A stretch of DNA of 14,638 nt, taken from contig JAWODC010000025.1 of assembly GCA_046483495.1 (NCBI GenBank), positions 1-14,638 of the forward strand, read 5' to 3'. Within the stretch, counting starts at the first letter, position 1, and each line of letters opens with the position of its first letter. Origin of the DNA: Desulfobacterales bacterium (GTDB lineage Bacteria; Desulfobacterota; Desulfobacteria; Desulfobacterales; UBA5616). The notes under the pieces were generated by a model. The model was not told the origin of the DNA and did not search any database. It saw only the letters and a program-made list of their open reading frames with translations. Positions 1 through 8,159 of the stretch are shown here, in pieces. Both the position numbers and the translations under genes were made by a program.

Positions 1-1
1 C

Positions 2-109
2 CCTCAGATCGTGATCGCCAGCTATGACGGGATTGCAGGCTCCAAGAAGTTGCGGGGGGCGCTGAATGCAAGCATCTGGGATGTGCTGATCATGGATGAA
101 GCCCATCGT
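2..109 (+). pseudogene. Fragment of an SNF2/RapA-like superfamily-2 helicase (motif Ib to motif II); enters from the window edge and is cut right after DEAHR
   Basis: Frame 2 from nt 2 reads PQIVIASYDGIAGSKKLRGALNASIWDVLIMDEAHR, matching the SNF2 'ivitSYe...WDllIvDEAHr' signature. Similarity stops after nt 109, where the DNA becomes methyltransferase sequence in another frame. Confidence 0.75.
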
Positions 110-111
110 AC

Positions 112-1362
112 AAACGAAAGTCCTATGCCGAAGTTTTCAGAGTGCTTCGGCCGGGCGGGCGGCTGGTCATCTCCGATGTGGTCTGCGACACGGAACCGGA
201 CCCGACGATTCGAAACGATGAGGTGCTGAAAGGTGAGTGCATAGCGGGTGCGCTCACCGCATCCCACTTGGTCGGCCTGCTGGAGGAGACCGGGTTCGAA
301 GCGGTCACCTTTTTAAAGCGGTTCCCGTACCGGCAAGTGCGCGGGCACTCGTTCTTTTCACTGACCTACTCTGCAGTCAAGCCGACATCCTCCGGGCAAG
401 TCGATGTGGTCTACCGCGGCCCCCTTCCCTTTTTGATGACCCATGGAGGCATCCTGCTTCGAAAGGGAATCATTGGCAAACTGGACCGGAGCGAGGCGGA
501 CTGGATAGGAGACCAGGTATTTGTTCTGGACGAAAGCGGCAGCGTAACAAACGTCGATGCGGAAAATACGTGCGTCTGCTATATCGCCCCGCAAGAAGAT
601 GCTATGCACCAGTCCGCCGAAAAGGGTGTGCCGGCACAGAGGAAAACCAAAGATATCGCCAACACAGTGGGCTGCAAAATCTGCGGATCCCCCCTGATCT
701 ACGAGAGTGATCCCCAGAACCGGCAGTGCGCGTTTTGCGGTATGGTCTTTTCCGCCAACAGCATCTGCGAAAAAGGCCATTACATCTGCGACGGCTGCCA
801 CACGGAAGACGCGGTGGACGCCATTCGCCGCGTCTGTCTTCAGACCGGGGAAACGGACATTGTCCGGCTGTTCGAAACGCTTCGCAGTCACCCGGCCATC
901 GCCCTGCACGGTCCGGAGTACCACGCTATGATTCCGGGCATTCTGTTGTGTACTTACAGAAATCTGGGGGGAGGCATTTCGGACAAGGTGATCGAAACCG
1001 GCATTTTGCGGGGTGCGGGTGTTGCAGGCGGTTTTTGCGGGTTCATGGGCATCTGCGGCGCAGCAGTGGGCGCTGGCATCGCGTTCAGCCTGATTCTGGA
1101 CGCAAACCCGCTCAAGGCCTCGGAGCGAAGCGCCGTCCAAATGGTCACTCAGGCTGTGCTTTCGGAAATTGCCGGTGTGGAGGCCGCCCGCTGCTGCCAG
1201 CGAGACGGCTATATCGCTTTGATCAAGGCGGCCGAGCTGTCCGAATCATTTCTTCCCGTCGTGCTGAAGGCCGAACACAGGCTCGTATGCAGGCAAATGC
1301 ATCTGAACAGGGAATGCCTGGGAAAGACCTGCATGCTGCACCCGATCAAGATTAGAGAATAA
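112..1362 (+). CDS. 5'-truncated ArsM/AS3MT-like SAM methyltransferase (C-terminal half) fused to a zinc-ribbon + DUF5714-like Cys-rich domain
   Basis: Frame 1 from nt 112 reads KRKSYAEVFRVLRPGGRLVISDVV...GECIAGAL...RFPYR...VVYRGP, an ArsM-type C-terminal half. Then GCKICG..CAFCG..ICEKGHYICDGCH, HGPEYH, GGFCGFMGICGAAVG, RCCQR, as in DUF5714. An in-frame TGA at 97-99 means the SAM-binding motif I is absent. The first start codon (GTG 142) is internal to the domain and has no clear RBS. Confidence 0.8.
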   Translation, partial: KRKSYAEVFRVLRPGGRLVISDVVCDTEPDPTIRNDEVLKGECIAGALTASHLVGLLEETGFEAVTFLKRFPYRQVRGHSFFSLTYSAVKPTSSGQVDVVYRGPLPFLMTHGGILLRKGIIGKLDRSEADWIGDQVFVLDESGSVTNVDAENTCVCYIAPQEDAMHQSAEKGVPAQRKTKDIANTVGCKICGSPLIYESDPQNRQCAFCGMVFSANSICEKGHYICDGCHTEDAVDAIRRVCLQTGETDIVRLFETLRSHPAIALHGPEYHAMIPGILLCTYRNLGGGISDKVIETGILRGAGVAGGFCGFMGICGAAVGAGIAFSLILDANPLKASERSAVQMVTQAVLSEIAGVEAARCCQRDGYIALIKAAELSESFLPVVLKAEHRLVCRQMHLNRECLGKTCMLHPIKIRE

Positions 1363-1440
1363 TGACCGGCAAGAACCCTCTACAGGCGAAGTCCCCGGCT
1401 TTCCATCAGTATGCCTGTTGGCAGATGCGAGGGCGCCAAA

Positions 1441-2781
1441 ATGGTGGCTGAACGTGAAGCGATGAACACCGGCGATATAGATGTTGCTGAAGCACTGATT
1501 ATCGTCTTCACCCGTTTTCCGGACTCCGGGCAGGTGAAAACCCGGTTGATCCCCTCTCTTGGGCCGGATGGCGCGGCAACCCTCCAAAAGAAAATGACGG
1601 AATTTGCCATTGAGCAGGCCGGGCAGTCGGGGATTCCCATGCAAATCCGATTCACTGAAGGGACCGGGGTTCAGATGAGGGAGTGGCTTGGCGTCGATTG
1701 CGAGTATATCCCTCAAGGAGACGGTGATCTTGGAGAACGCATGGAACGTGCCTTCTCGGAAGCGTTCGAGGCCGGTGCAAAAAAGGTTGTCATCATCGGT
1801 ACCGACTGTCCGGATAACCGCGCATCGAACATGCGCCATTCAGTGCGGCTGCTGGACCAGGCGTCATGTGTCATTGGGCCTGCCTGCGACGGTGGATATT
1901 ACCTTATCGGCCTTAGCGCCCCGCAACCGGAATTGTTCAGGCACATTTCTTGGGGTACCGACCGCGTCTTCCAGCAGACCATCGCAAAAACCGGTTCATA
2001 TCGGCTGCTGCCCATGCTGAACGATGTGGATCGACCGGAAGACATTCCGCCGAAGATCTCAGTGATTGTTCCCACGCTGAATGAAGAATTGTCGATCAGA
2101 ACCTGCATCGAGACGATATCTAGTGGATTCAATACCGAGGCTGTTGTCGTCGACGGTGGAAGTCTGGACAATACGCGATCGATTGTGGAGGAGGCAGGAG
2201 CAGCCGTGTTCACAACTGCCGAAGGCCGGGCATCGCAGATGAATTATGGTGCGAAAAATGCGACCGGAGAGATACTTCTTTTTCTGCATGCGGATTCGGA
2301 GCTGCCACAAACATGGGACAGGCATGTCAGGGAAGTTATCAAACGGCACAGAGCCGCTCTGGGTTATTTCCGCTTTTCCGCTAAAGGCTGTTTTCCGGGC
2401 AAACGCCTGGTCGAAATGGGCGTGAATCTGAGATCCCGACTCCTGAACAGGCCGTACGGCGATCAGGGGCTGTTTCTTTTGCGAGATGTTTTTAACGCAT
2501 TGGGAGGATACCCGGAAGTTCCCATACTCGAGGATCTTTTTCTAGTGAGACGGGCGGAAAATCACGGCCGTCTACAATGCGCCGATGCCGCACTCGCAAC
2601 TTCCGGCAGGCGATGGATAAAGCACGGGATCATCCGAACCACACTCATCAATCAGGCTGTTTTGCTGGCCGCCTATATGGGAGGAGATTTGCACAAGCTG
2701 AAAGATGCCTACCGTCAAGGGAAGAATCCATTTTGCGCTCTCACCGGGCAAACAAAACTACGCAAAAAGACAGAGCCATGA
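1441..2781 (+). CDS. Fused TIGR04282-type (CofC-like GT-A) + TIGR04283-type (GT2) glycosyltransferase, arsenosugar / rSAM-selenodomain-associated families
   Basis: N-domain: IVFTRFPDSGQVKTRLIP, QGDGDLGERM, IIGTDCP, IGPACDGGYYLIGL, LNDVDRPED. C-domain from about nt 2053: KISVIVPTLNEE, VVDGGSLDNT, GRASQMNYGA, LLFLHADS, PYGDQGLF, PILED, TSGRRW. Start placed at ATG 1441 (GAGGG 7 nt upstream); 1411 and 1462 are alternatives. Confidence 0.88.
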   Translation: MVAEREAMNTGDIDVAEALIIVFTRFPDSGQVKTRLIPSLGPDGAATLQKKMTEFAIEQAGQSGIPMQIRFTEGTGVQMREWLGVDCEYIPQGDGDLGERMERAFSEAFEAGAKKVVIIGTDCPDNRASNMRHSVRLLDQASCVIGPACDGGYYLIGLSAPQPELFRHISWGTDRVFQQTIAKTGSYRLLPMLNDVDRPEDIPPKISVIVPTLNEELSIRTCIETISSGFNTEAVVVDGGSLDNTRSIVEEAGAAVFTTAEGRASQMNYGAKNATGEILLFLHADSELPQTWDRHVREVIKRHRAALGYFRFSAKGCFPGKRLVEMGVNLRSRLLNRPYGDQGLFLLRDVFNALGGYPEVPILEDLFLVRRAENHGRLQCADAALATSGRRWIKHGIIRTTLINQAVLLAAYMGGDLHKLKDAYRQGKNPFCALTGQTKLRKKTEP

Positions 2782-2889
2782 AACCGGCGGTTCCGGCCAC
2801 CCCAATCCTCGATGGCATCAATTTTCTTCCGTACCTGTCCTCATGAAACCATGGTCGGAAATTATCTTTTTTCCGATAGATACCAAGGA

Positions 2890-5553
2890 TCAGATGATTG
2901 ACTTTTCAGATTCAGATTTCAGTTCGTATTTCTGTTTTATAAGGTTCGCCACCAAGCCGGTCCAACCTGTCTGGTGCGATGCCCCGAGCCCCAAACCGTT
3001 ATCGCCATCAAAGTATTCGTGGAAAAAAAGAAGATTCTTCCATTGAGGATCATGCTGGAATGGGCTGTCCTCTGGGAAGACGGGCATCCGACCATTTTTA
3101 TCTCGACGGAAGAGGTTGATCAAACCGTCCGACAAGACGCTTACAATCTCCCTCAAATTCAGTTCATGATTTGAAAACGCAGGAACATACACTTTAAAAT
3201 CCGGGCCCAAATACCGGTGGAATTTTGTCAAAGCCTGCAAAATTGAGTAATTGATGGGCATCCACACAGGTCCCCGCCAGTTTGAATTGCCGCCGAAAAG
3301 ATAGGTCTTTGACTCACCCGGCTCGTACTCGATGAGAGCCGCACCAACACCCGGCAGCGTGCCCAGTTCCCTTTGTTCCGAGTGGATCCGGCTTACGCTT
3401 CTGATGCCATGATCCGACAGAAATTCCTTCTCATCTAAAAGCCGTCGAAGAATAAGGGGAATCATGGTATGGTCCACCAGCGAAAGCAGGCGTTCTCCAT
3501 GATCATTTGTTGTGAATGGGCATGCGCAGATGGTGTGCCCGTCGAACATCCCCCCTTTGTGCTCCTCCAACAGGGCTTTGAATCGCGGAACGTTTTCGAT
3601 AATGTCTGGAGCCACAATCTCGCAGGCAAAAAGAGGGATAAGTCCAACGTATGAATAAACGTCTATCCGGTGATACGACCGATCCGGAGTGATAAGCAGA
3701 TCCTTAAAAAAGCCTGAAACAGGATCCCAAAGGGACGGTTTATCGGATGTATGGCCCGCTATGGAATTCGCGATAGAAAGAAACTGCTCGTAACATTGAA
3801 TGGCCATATCCTCATATTCAATCTGCTCTTGAGCCAGTTCAAGCGCCATGGCCGTCATATTCAAGGCGAACATGGCCATCCAACCGGTGGCATCCGCCTG
3901 CTTGAGACTGTAGCCCGCAGGCAGCGCGCGCGATCGATCATACACGGAAATGTTGTCCAACCCCATGAACCCGCCCTCGAAAACATTCAAACCATCGCTG
4001 TCTTTTCGGTTCAACCACCACGTATAATTCATGATCAGCTTGTTGAACACGCGGCGCAGAAATATGAGGTCTCCCTTTCCCCTTGACTTGCGCTCCGCTC
4101 GAAAAACTTTTAGTGCGGCAACAGCGTGGATGGGCGGATTGACATCTTCAAATTTCCACTCATAGGCAGGAACCTGACCGTTGGGATGAAGATAACGTGA
4201 ATCCAACAGAACTTCTAACTGATCCTTCGCAAAATCGACATCGATATGGGCAAACACCATAGCGTGATAGGCCAGATCCCAAGCTGCAAACCATGGATAT
4301 TCCCAGCTGTCCGGCATGGAAATGATATCGGCAGATCTGAGGTGTCGCCAATTACTATTTCGTCCCTGTCTTCGACTTTCGGGAGGGGAAACTGCATCTC
4401 CATCCAGCCAGTCGGCCACGTTGTAATGATAGAACTGTTTGCACCAAATCATCCCCGCAGCAGCTTGACGAAAAATGAGGGCATCTTCTTCGCCGGCACT
4501 CGGGACGAGTTCATCAAAAAAAACGTCAGATTCTTTCCGGCGTTTTGTCATCACATGGGTCATTCGGGAAAAAGGTGTATTTGAAGCGTGTGATGAAAGA
4601 ATCAAATCAATATTGGCCCCCTTGCCCGCGCCACAATTGATCACATGCCATGCCGCGAACTTGGTGCCTGCCATTTCCGGGTTTACAGCCTCCTTTTCAC
4701 CATGAATTACCAGACGATGAAAGGCATCTTTCACAAAAGGTGAAATATTCGGTTGGCCGAAAAGACGCGTATTATTGGTTTCGTTCTCCGTGAATAGACA
4801 TTGGGCCTCCTGATTTCCATATAAAAAATACTCACCCAGTGTAGGATGTTCGGCTTTCACAGACCATGCCGCCTCATTTATTTCAGCACATTTCAATAAC
4901 GGTTTAGGTTCTTCCGACATCGTCCAAGACCAGGTGTTTCGAAACCAGAGAGTGGGCAGGAGGTGCAGCGTGGCGCTCTCAGGCCCCCGGTTTACCAGTG
5001 AAATTTGGACGAGTATGCGCTCAGGGCTCTCTTTCGTATAAGTGATCTCAATGTCCCAGTATCTGTTTTCATTAAATGCACCCGTGTCAAGCAGACTGAA
5101 AGGCCGATCAAAGCGTGTTCGACGTTGGTTTTCTTCCAACAGAGAAGAGTAGGGAAATTCTTGCTGGGGATATTTATAAAGAAATTTGAGAAAGCTATTG
5201 CTTGGCGTGGCGTTCAGGTAAAAAAAATACTCTTTAACATCTTCCCCGTGGTTACCCTGATTGCCGTCCAACCCGAACATCCGTTCCTTTAAAATAGGAT
5301 CTTTTCCGTTCCAGAAAGCGAATGCCAGGCATAACCTCTGATGATAATCACATATCCCTCCGATACCGTCTTCGCTCCACCGGTATGCACGTGAGCGTGC
5401 CTGATCGTGATCAAAATATTCCCAGGCTTCACCCTGAGGGCTGTAGTCTTCCCTAACCGTTCCCCATGCGCGCTCGCTAAAATAAGGACCCCAAAATTGC
5501 CAATTTTCTTCTCCACATCTTTGGGCTTTTAGGCGCTTAGTTTCCTCATTCAT
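2890..5553 (-). CDS. GH63 / MGH1-like glycoside hydrolase (glucosidase), about 887 aa
   Basis: Motifs WGPYFSERAWGTVREDYS, ARSRAYRWSEDG, GNHGEDVKE, SMPDSWEYPWFAAWDLAYH, FEGGFMGLDNI, GGNSNWRGPVW, FHEYFDGDNGLGLGASHQTGWTGLVA. Start moved to ATG 5553 (MNEETKRL), where family similarity begins, downstream of a purine-rich tract. Confidence 0.9.
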   Translation of the reverse strand: MNEETKRLKAQRCGEENWQFWGPYFSERAWGTVREDYSPQGEAWEYFDHDQARSRAYRWSEDGIGGICDYHQRLCLAFAFWNGKDPILKERMFGLDGNQGNHGEDVKEYFFYLNATPSNSFLKFLYKYPQQEFPYSSLLEENQRRTRFDRPFSLLDTGAFNENRYWDIEITYTKESPERILVQISLVNRGPESATLHLLPTLWFRNTWSWTMSEEPKPLLKCAEINEAAWSVKAEHPTLGEYFLYGNQEAQCLFTENETNNTRLFGQPNISPFVKDAFHRLVIHGEKEAVNPEMAGTKFAAWHVINCGAGKGANIDLILSSHASNTPFSRMTHVMTKRRKESDVFFDELVPSAGEEDALIFRQAAAGMIWCKQFYHYNVADWLDGDAVSPPESRRQGRNSNWRHLRSADIISMPDSWEYPWFAAWDLAYHAMVFAHIDVDFAKDQLEVLLDSRYLHPNGQVPAYEWKFEDVNPPIHAVAALKVFRAERKSRGKGDLIFLRRVFNKLIMNYTWWLNRKDSDGLNVFEGGFMGLDNISVYDRSRALPAGYSLKQADATGWMAMFALNMTAMALELAQEQIEYEDMAIQCYEQFLSIANSIAGHTSDKPSLWDPVSGFFKDLLITPDRSYHRIDVYSYVGLIPLFACEIVAPDIIENVPRFKALLEEHKGGMFDGHTICACPFTTNDHGERLLSLVDHTMIPLILRRLLDEKEFLSDHGIRSVSRIHSEQRELGTLPGVGAALIEYEPGESKTYLFGGNSNWRGPVWMPINYSILQALTKFHRYLGPDFKVYVPAFSNHELNLREIVSVLSDGLINLFRRDKNGRMPVFPEDSPFQHDPQWKNLLFFHEYFDGDNGLGLGASHQTGWTGLVANLIKQKYELKSESEKSII

Positions 5554-5694
5554 AGTTGTTTTTTCTTTCCCTATAGGGATTGTCCAGGTTGAATCCGGAA
5601 AGCACCAGCAATACACCGGACATCAATCCAAGCAGGAGGTGCTTACTGTTTCTTTTTACTGAAACGTAATCTGTTCCCCTGGTAACGGACCGGC

Positions 5695-6662
5695 CTATTC
5701 ATCTTCAGATATAAACCCGCCGATCCTTCCCTTGCGGCGTTCTTTACGGATAGCGTCATCCGGCCCATAGGGATGCCCACCGAATCCGTGGCGCATCATG
5801 GCAATGGCACGCGCCCAGCATTGCCTGTCGTCACGGGAAGCAAACAGCTGCATCGCCGCCTGGGCGATTACATGAACGGGCACTTCCATGTGCATTGCGT
5901 CATCGATCAGCCAGTTGACCTCACCGGTGTCTTCAACAAACGCGGGAACCTTTTCAAGGTTTCCCTTACTGCGGTACGCGTCATCCATCAATTCTATGAG
6001 CCAGGAGCGGATTACCGATCCGTTTCGCCAGCACCGCAACACACTGCCAATATCAAGATCATCCCGGTAGTGGGTCAGCAGGTCCATTCCTTCCCCTATG
6101 GCCTGGAGCATGCCGAATTCGATGCCGTTGTGTACGAGCTTTACAAAATGTCCGGCGCCAGGCGGGCCGGCATGCACGTAGCCGCCGTCTACGGAAAGGG
6201 CTTTTAAAATCGGTTCGACCTGCGTGATGGCGGCTTTTTCTCCTCCGGCCATGAAGCAGGCCCCGTTGCGGGCACCGTCCACCCCGCCGCTGGCGCCCAG
6301 ATCGATATAGGCAATCCCTTTTTCCTGCAGCCGCTTGTACCGCCGGATGGAATCGCCCCAATAGGAATTTCCGCCATCGATAACAATATCACCGTTTTCC
6401 AGCACTTCCGATAAATCGTCGATCATCGTATCGACAGCAGCTCCGGCTGGAATATACAGGAAGACCTTTCTCGGCGAAGTCAGGTGATTTCTGAACCCCC
6501 CGGCATCTTTTGCAGCAATCATTCCCTTTTGCAGCAGCTCCGCCGGGGGCTGCCCAAGCGTCAATCCCACGACCTGAATCTGTTTTCAAGCGCCTGCAGT
6601 GCCAGGTTGTCACCCATTTTCCCCAAGCCCACGACGCCGAATGCCGGTTTGTTGTCATTCAT
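5695..6662 (-). pseudogene. gnd: Short-type (YqeC/GntZ-like) decarboxylating 6-phosphogluconate dehydrogenase with a 1-nt frameshift at about 6583-6586 (real lesion or sequencing error)
   Basis: ATG 6662 (RBS AAGGTGAG) gives MNDNKPAFGVVGLGKMGDNLALQALE in one frame. The remainder (QIQVVGLT...IDGGNS...GAGHFVKLVHNGIEFG...SVIRSWL...MRHGFGGH) is in another. Adding one A to GAAAAC restores LE-K-QIQVVG and a 322-aa protein. Confidence 0.85.
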
Positions 6663-6929
6663 TATCTCACCTTTGTTTTTTGGATGTTTTTTTAGGAAAG
6701 CCACACTGCGACCGAGCCGAATCCAGGATGTCGCCCTCAACTTCGGGCGTTTCCCCAAAAGCCGAATCGATGGCTCTTTCCACGGCCCCTTGCGAATTCT
6801 GTTGACCCGGATTCTATGGTCCGGGCCGTCCTTAAGGGACCATCGAGGCACTGACAAAATATTCGGCTAGGGGAAGTGGGATTCCGCCGAAGTGAAGAGA
6901 CCCCGCTTCTGCTTTTCAGATCAGAATAA

Positions 6930-7418
6930 TTATTTTGGCTTTGAAAATAAGAAATCGTCTTGCACCTGGTGGCACTGAATGCAACCGTCTACTTTTCCGG
7001 ATGTCTCAACTGAACCATCCGGACCGTACTTGGCCCAGAACCAGTCTCCGCCGTCGGGATTATAGCCCTTCTTCTTGTACATCGGGGTAATGGCCATGAG
7101 GTCTTCTTTGTTTTTACCGTAATTTTCCTTGACCAGGATGGCGCCGTCCGGCATCTGCTCGCCCGCTTTTGCAGCCTGGATAGCGGTATCGTTGGCATAG
7201 AGCTTCAGGTAGGCTCCATGGGGGCTTTTCCCCGGATACATGCCCTCATACCCCGGAAAGAAATCCCATTTTTCGTAAGAATTGGTTTCCGTGATATATG
7301 TCCAGAACCCTTCGGCTTCGGCAGGCGGCATTTCCTTGTCCTGTCCGGCTTGCAAGCCATTAAAAATAAGAAATATTCCCATGAACATGATAAATCCGAT
7401 CAAATAAACTTTTTTCAT
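6930..7418 (-). CDS. Periplasmic cytochrome P460 / c'-beta family monoheme protein
   Basis: Signal peptide MKKVYLIGFIMFMGIFLIFNGLQA. Motifs YEKW, KLYAN, PDGAILVKENY, MYK, GGDWFWAKY and a C-terminal heme motif CIQCH. RBS AAGGAG at 7425-7430. Confidence 0.85.
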   Translation of the reverse strand: MKKVYLIGFIMFMGIFLIFNGLQAGQDKEMPPAEAEGFWTYITETNSYEKWDFFPGYEGMYPGKSPHGAYLKLYANDTAIQAAKAGEQMPDGAILVKENYGKNKEDLMAITPMYKKKGYNPDGGDWFWAKYGPDGSVETSGKVDGCIQCHQVQDDFLFSKPK

Positions 7419-8159
7419 CGGGGACTCCTTTTGTGTCAGTTGTTTTTGCCGGTTTACACATCCTTACCAGCTACTTTGCTGAATGGTACAATCCACCGGG
7501 TCGGCTGTCAGTGCATATGGAATGCGCTTAGGTCTTCAATTATGGCATCTTGGAAGAAAATAGAATAGAAAAAATCATGTATTTGGTTCTCAAAGTAACT
7601 TTACATTAAAAAATCGATAATTTTTTGGGAAAATAAATTTCCTTATCATACCCTATCAATTTGTTTCCTATACAGCTTAATCAGTATTTTATTTGCTTCA
7701 AATACCGGTATTATATTAAGATATGAAAAATAATATCGAGAAATGGTTTTTTGTTGTTGCGGACAATCGCTGTGACAATTCACCGGCAATAAAAACCCTT
7801 TCAATTGGATCCGTTTATAGCAGCGCATGCCAAAGGGAAAAAGACCGAAAAAAGATCGAGTAAAGAAACAGTTGAATTGTCAGAAGCGGCATTAGGCTGT
7901 CTGATGTATATCAGACCGTGTGCCGTTATTCCGACAAATCGCAGAACAAGATTGAACCAGGGTTGAAGGGAATTTTTCCAAATGGAGAAAATTCCGGCCC
8001 AGCGAAAACCGTTTAATGAAGGAACAATCGGGGATCAAATTGTAAACAGGAGCGAAGATATGTCCCCTCTTTCTTGTATAAAAGAGAAATGTCTGTCTTC
8101 TATTATATCTAATTGAAATATCGGGCAAATACACCCAGATGGAAATCCAAAAGGAAGAA

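Noticed and set aside
97..99. In-frame TGA upstream of the ArsM-like frame as possible selenocysteine
   Set aside because: Sequence upstream in that frame (ECKHLGCADHG) shows no ArsM similarity and has another TGA at 25-27; the coding signal there is the helicase in frame 2.
11..229. 72-aa ORF as a real small protein
   Set aside because: It is the helicase fragment reading out of frame into the methyltransferase.
237..1355. Long alternative-frame ORFs (237-710, 726-1355, 358-1140 minus)
   Set aside because: Shadow ORFs of a GC-rich gene; the plus-strand ones are Arg/Pro/Gly-rich and none has a recognisable motif.
1362..1451. 29-aa ORF coupled by TAATG (MTGKNPLQAK...)
   Set aside because: No recognisable motif; it overlaps the likely start of the next gene; such overlaps arise by chance.
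5554..5616. 21-aa N-terminal extension of the GH63 ORF
   Set aside because: GTG start without RBS; family similarity starts at ATG 5553.
6873..6909. GAAGTGGG...CCCGCTTC inverted repeat as P460 terminator
   Set aside because: About 20-nt loop, a mismatch on the minus-strand transcript and no adjacent U-tract.
7771..7784. TGTGACAATTCACC as a CRP or Rex site
   Set aside because: The GTGA-TCAC spacer is 4 nt rather than 6.
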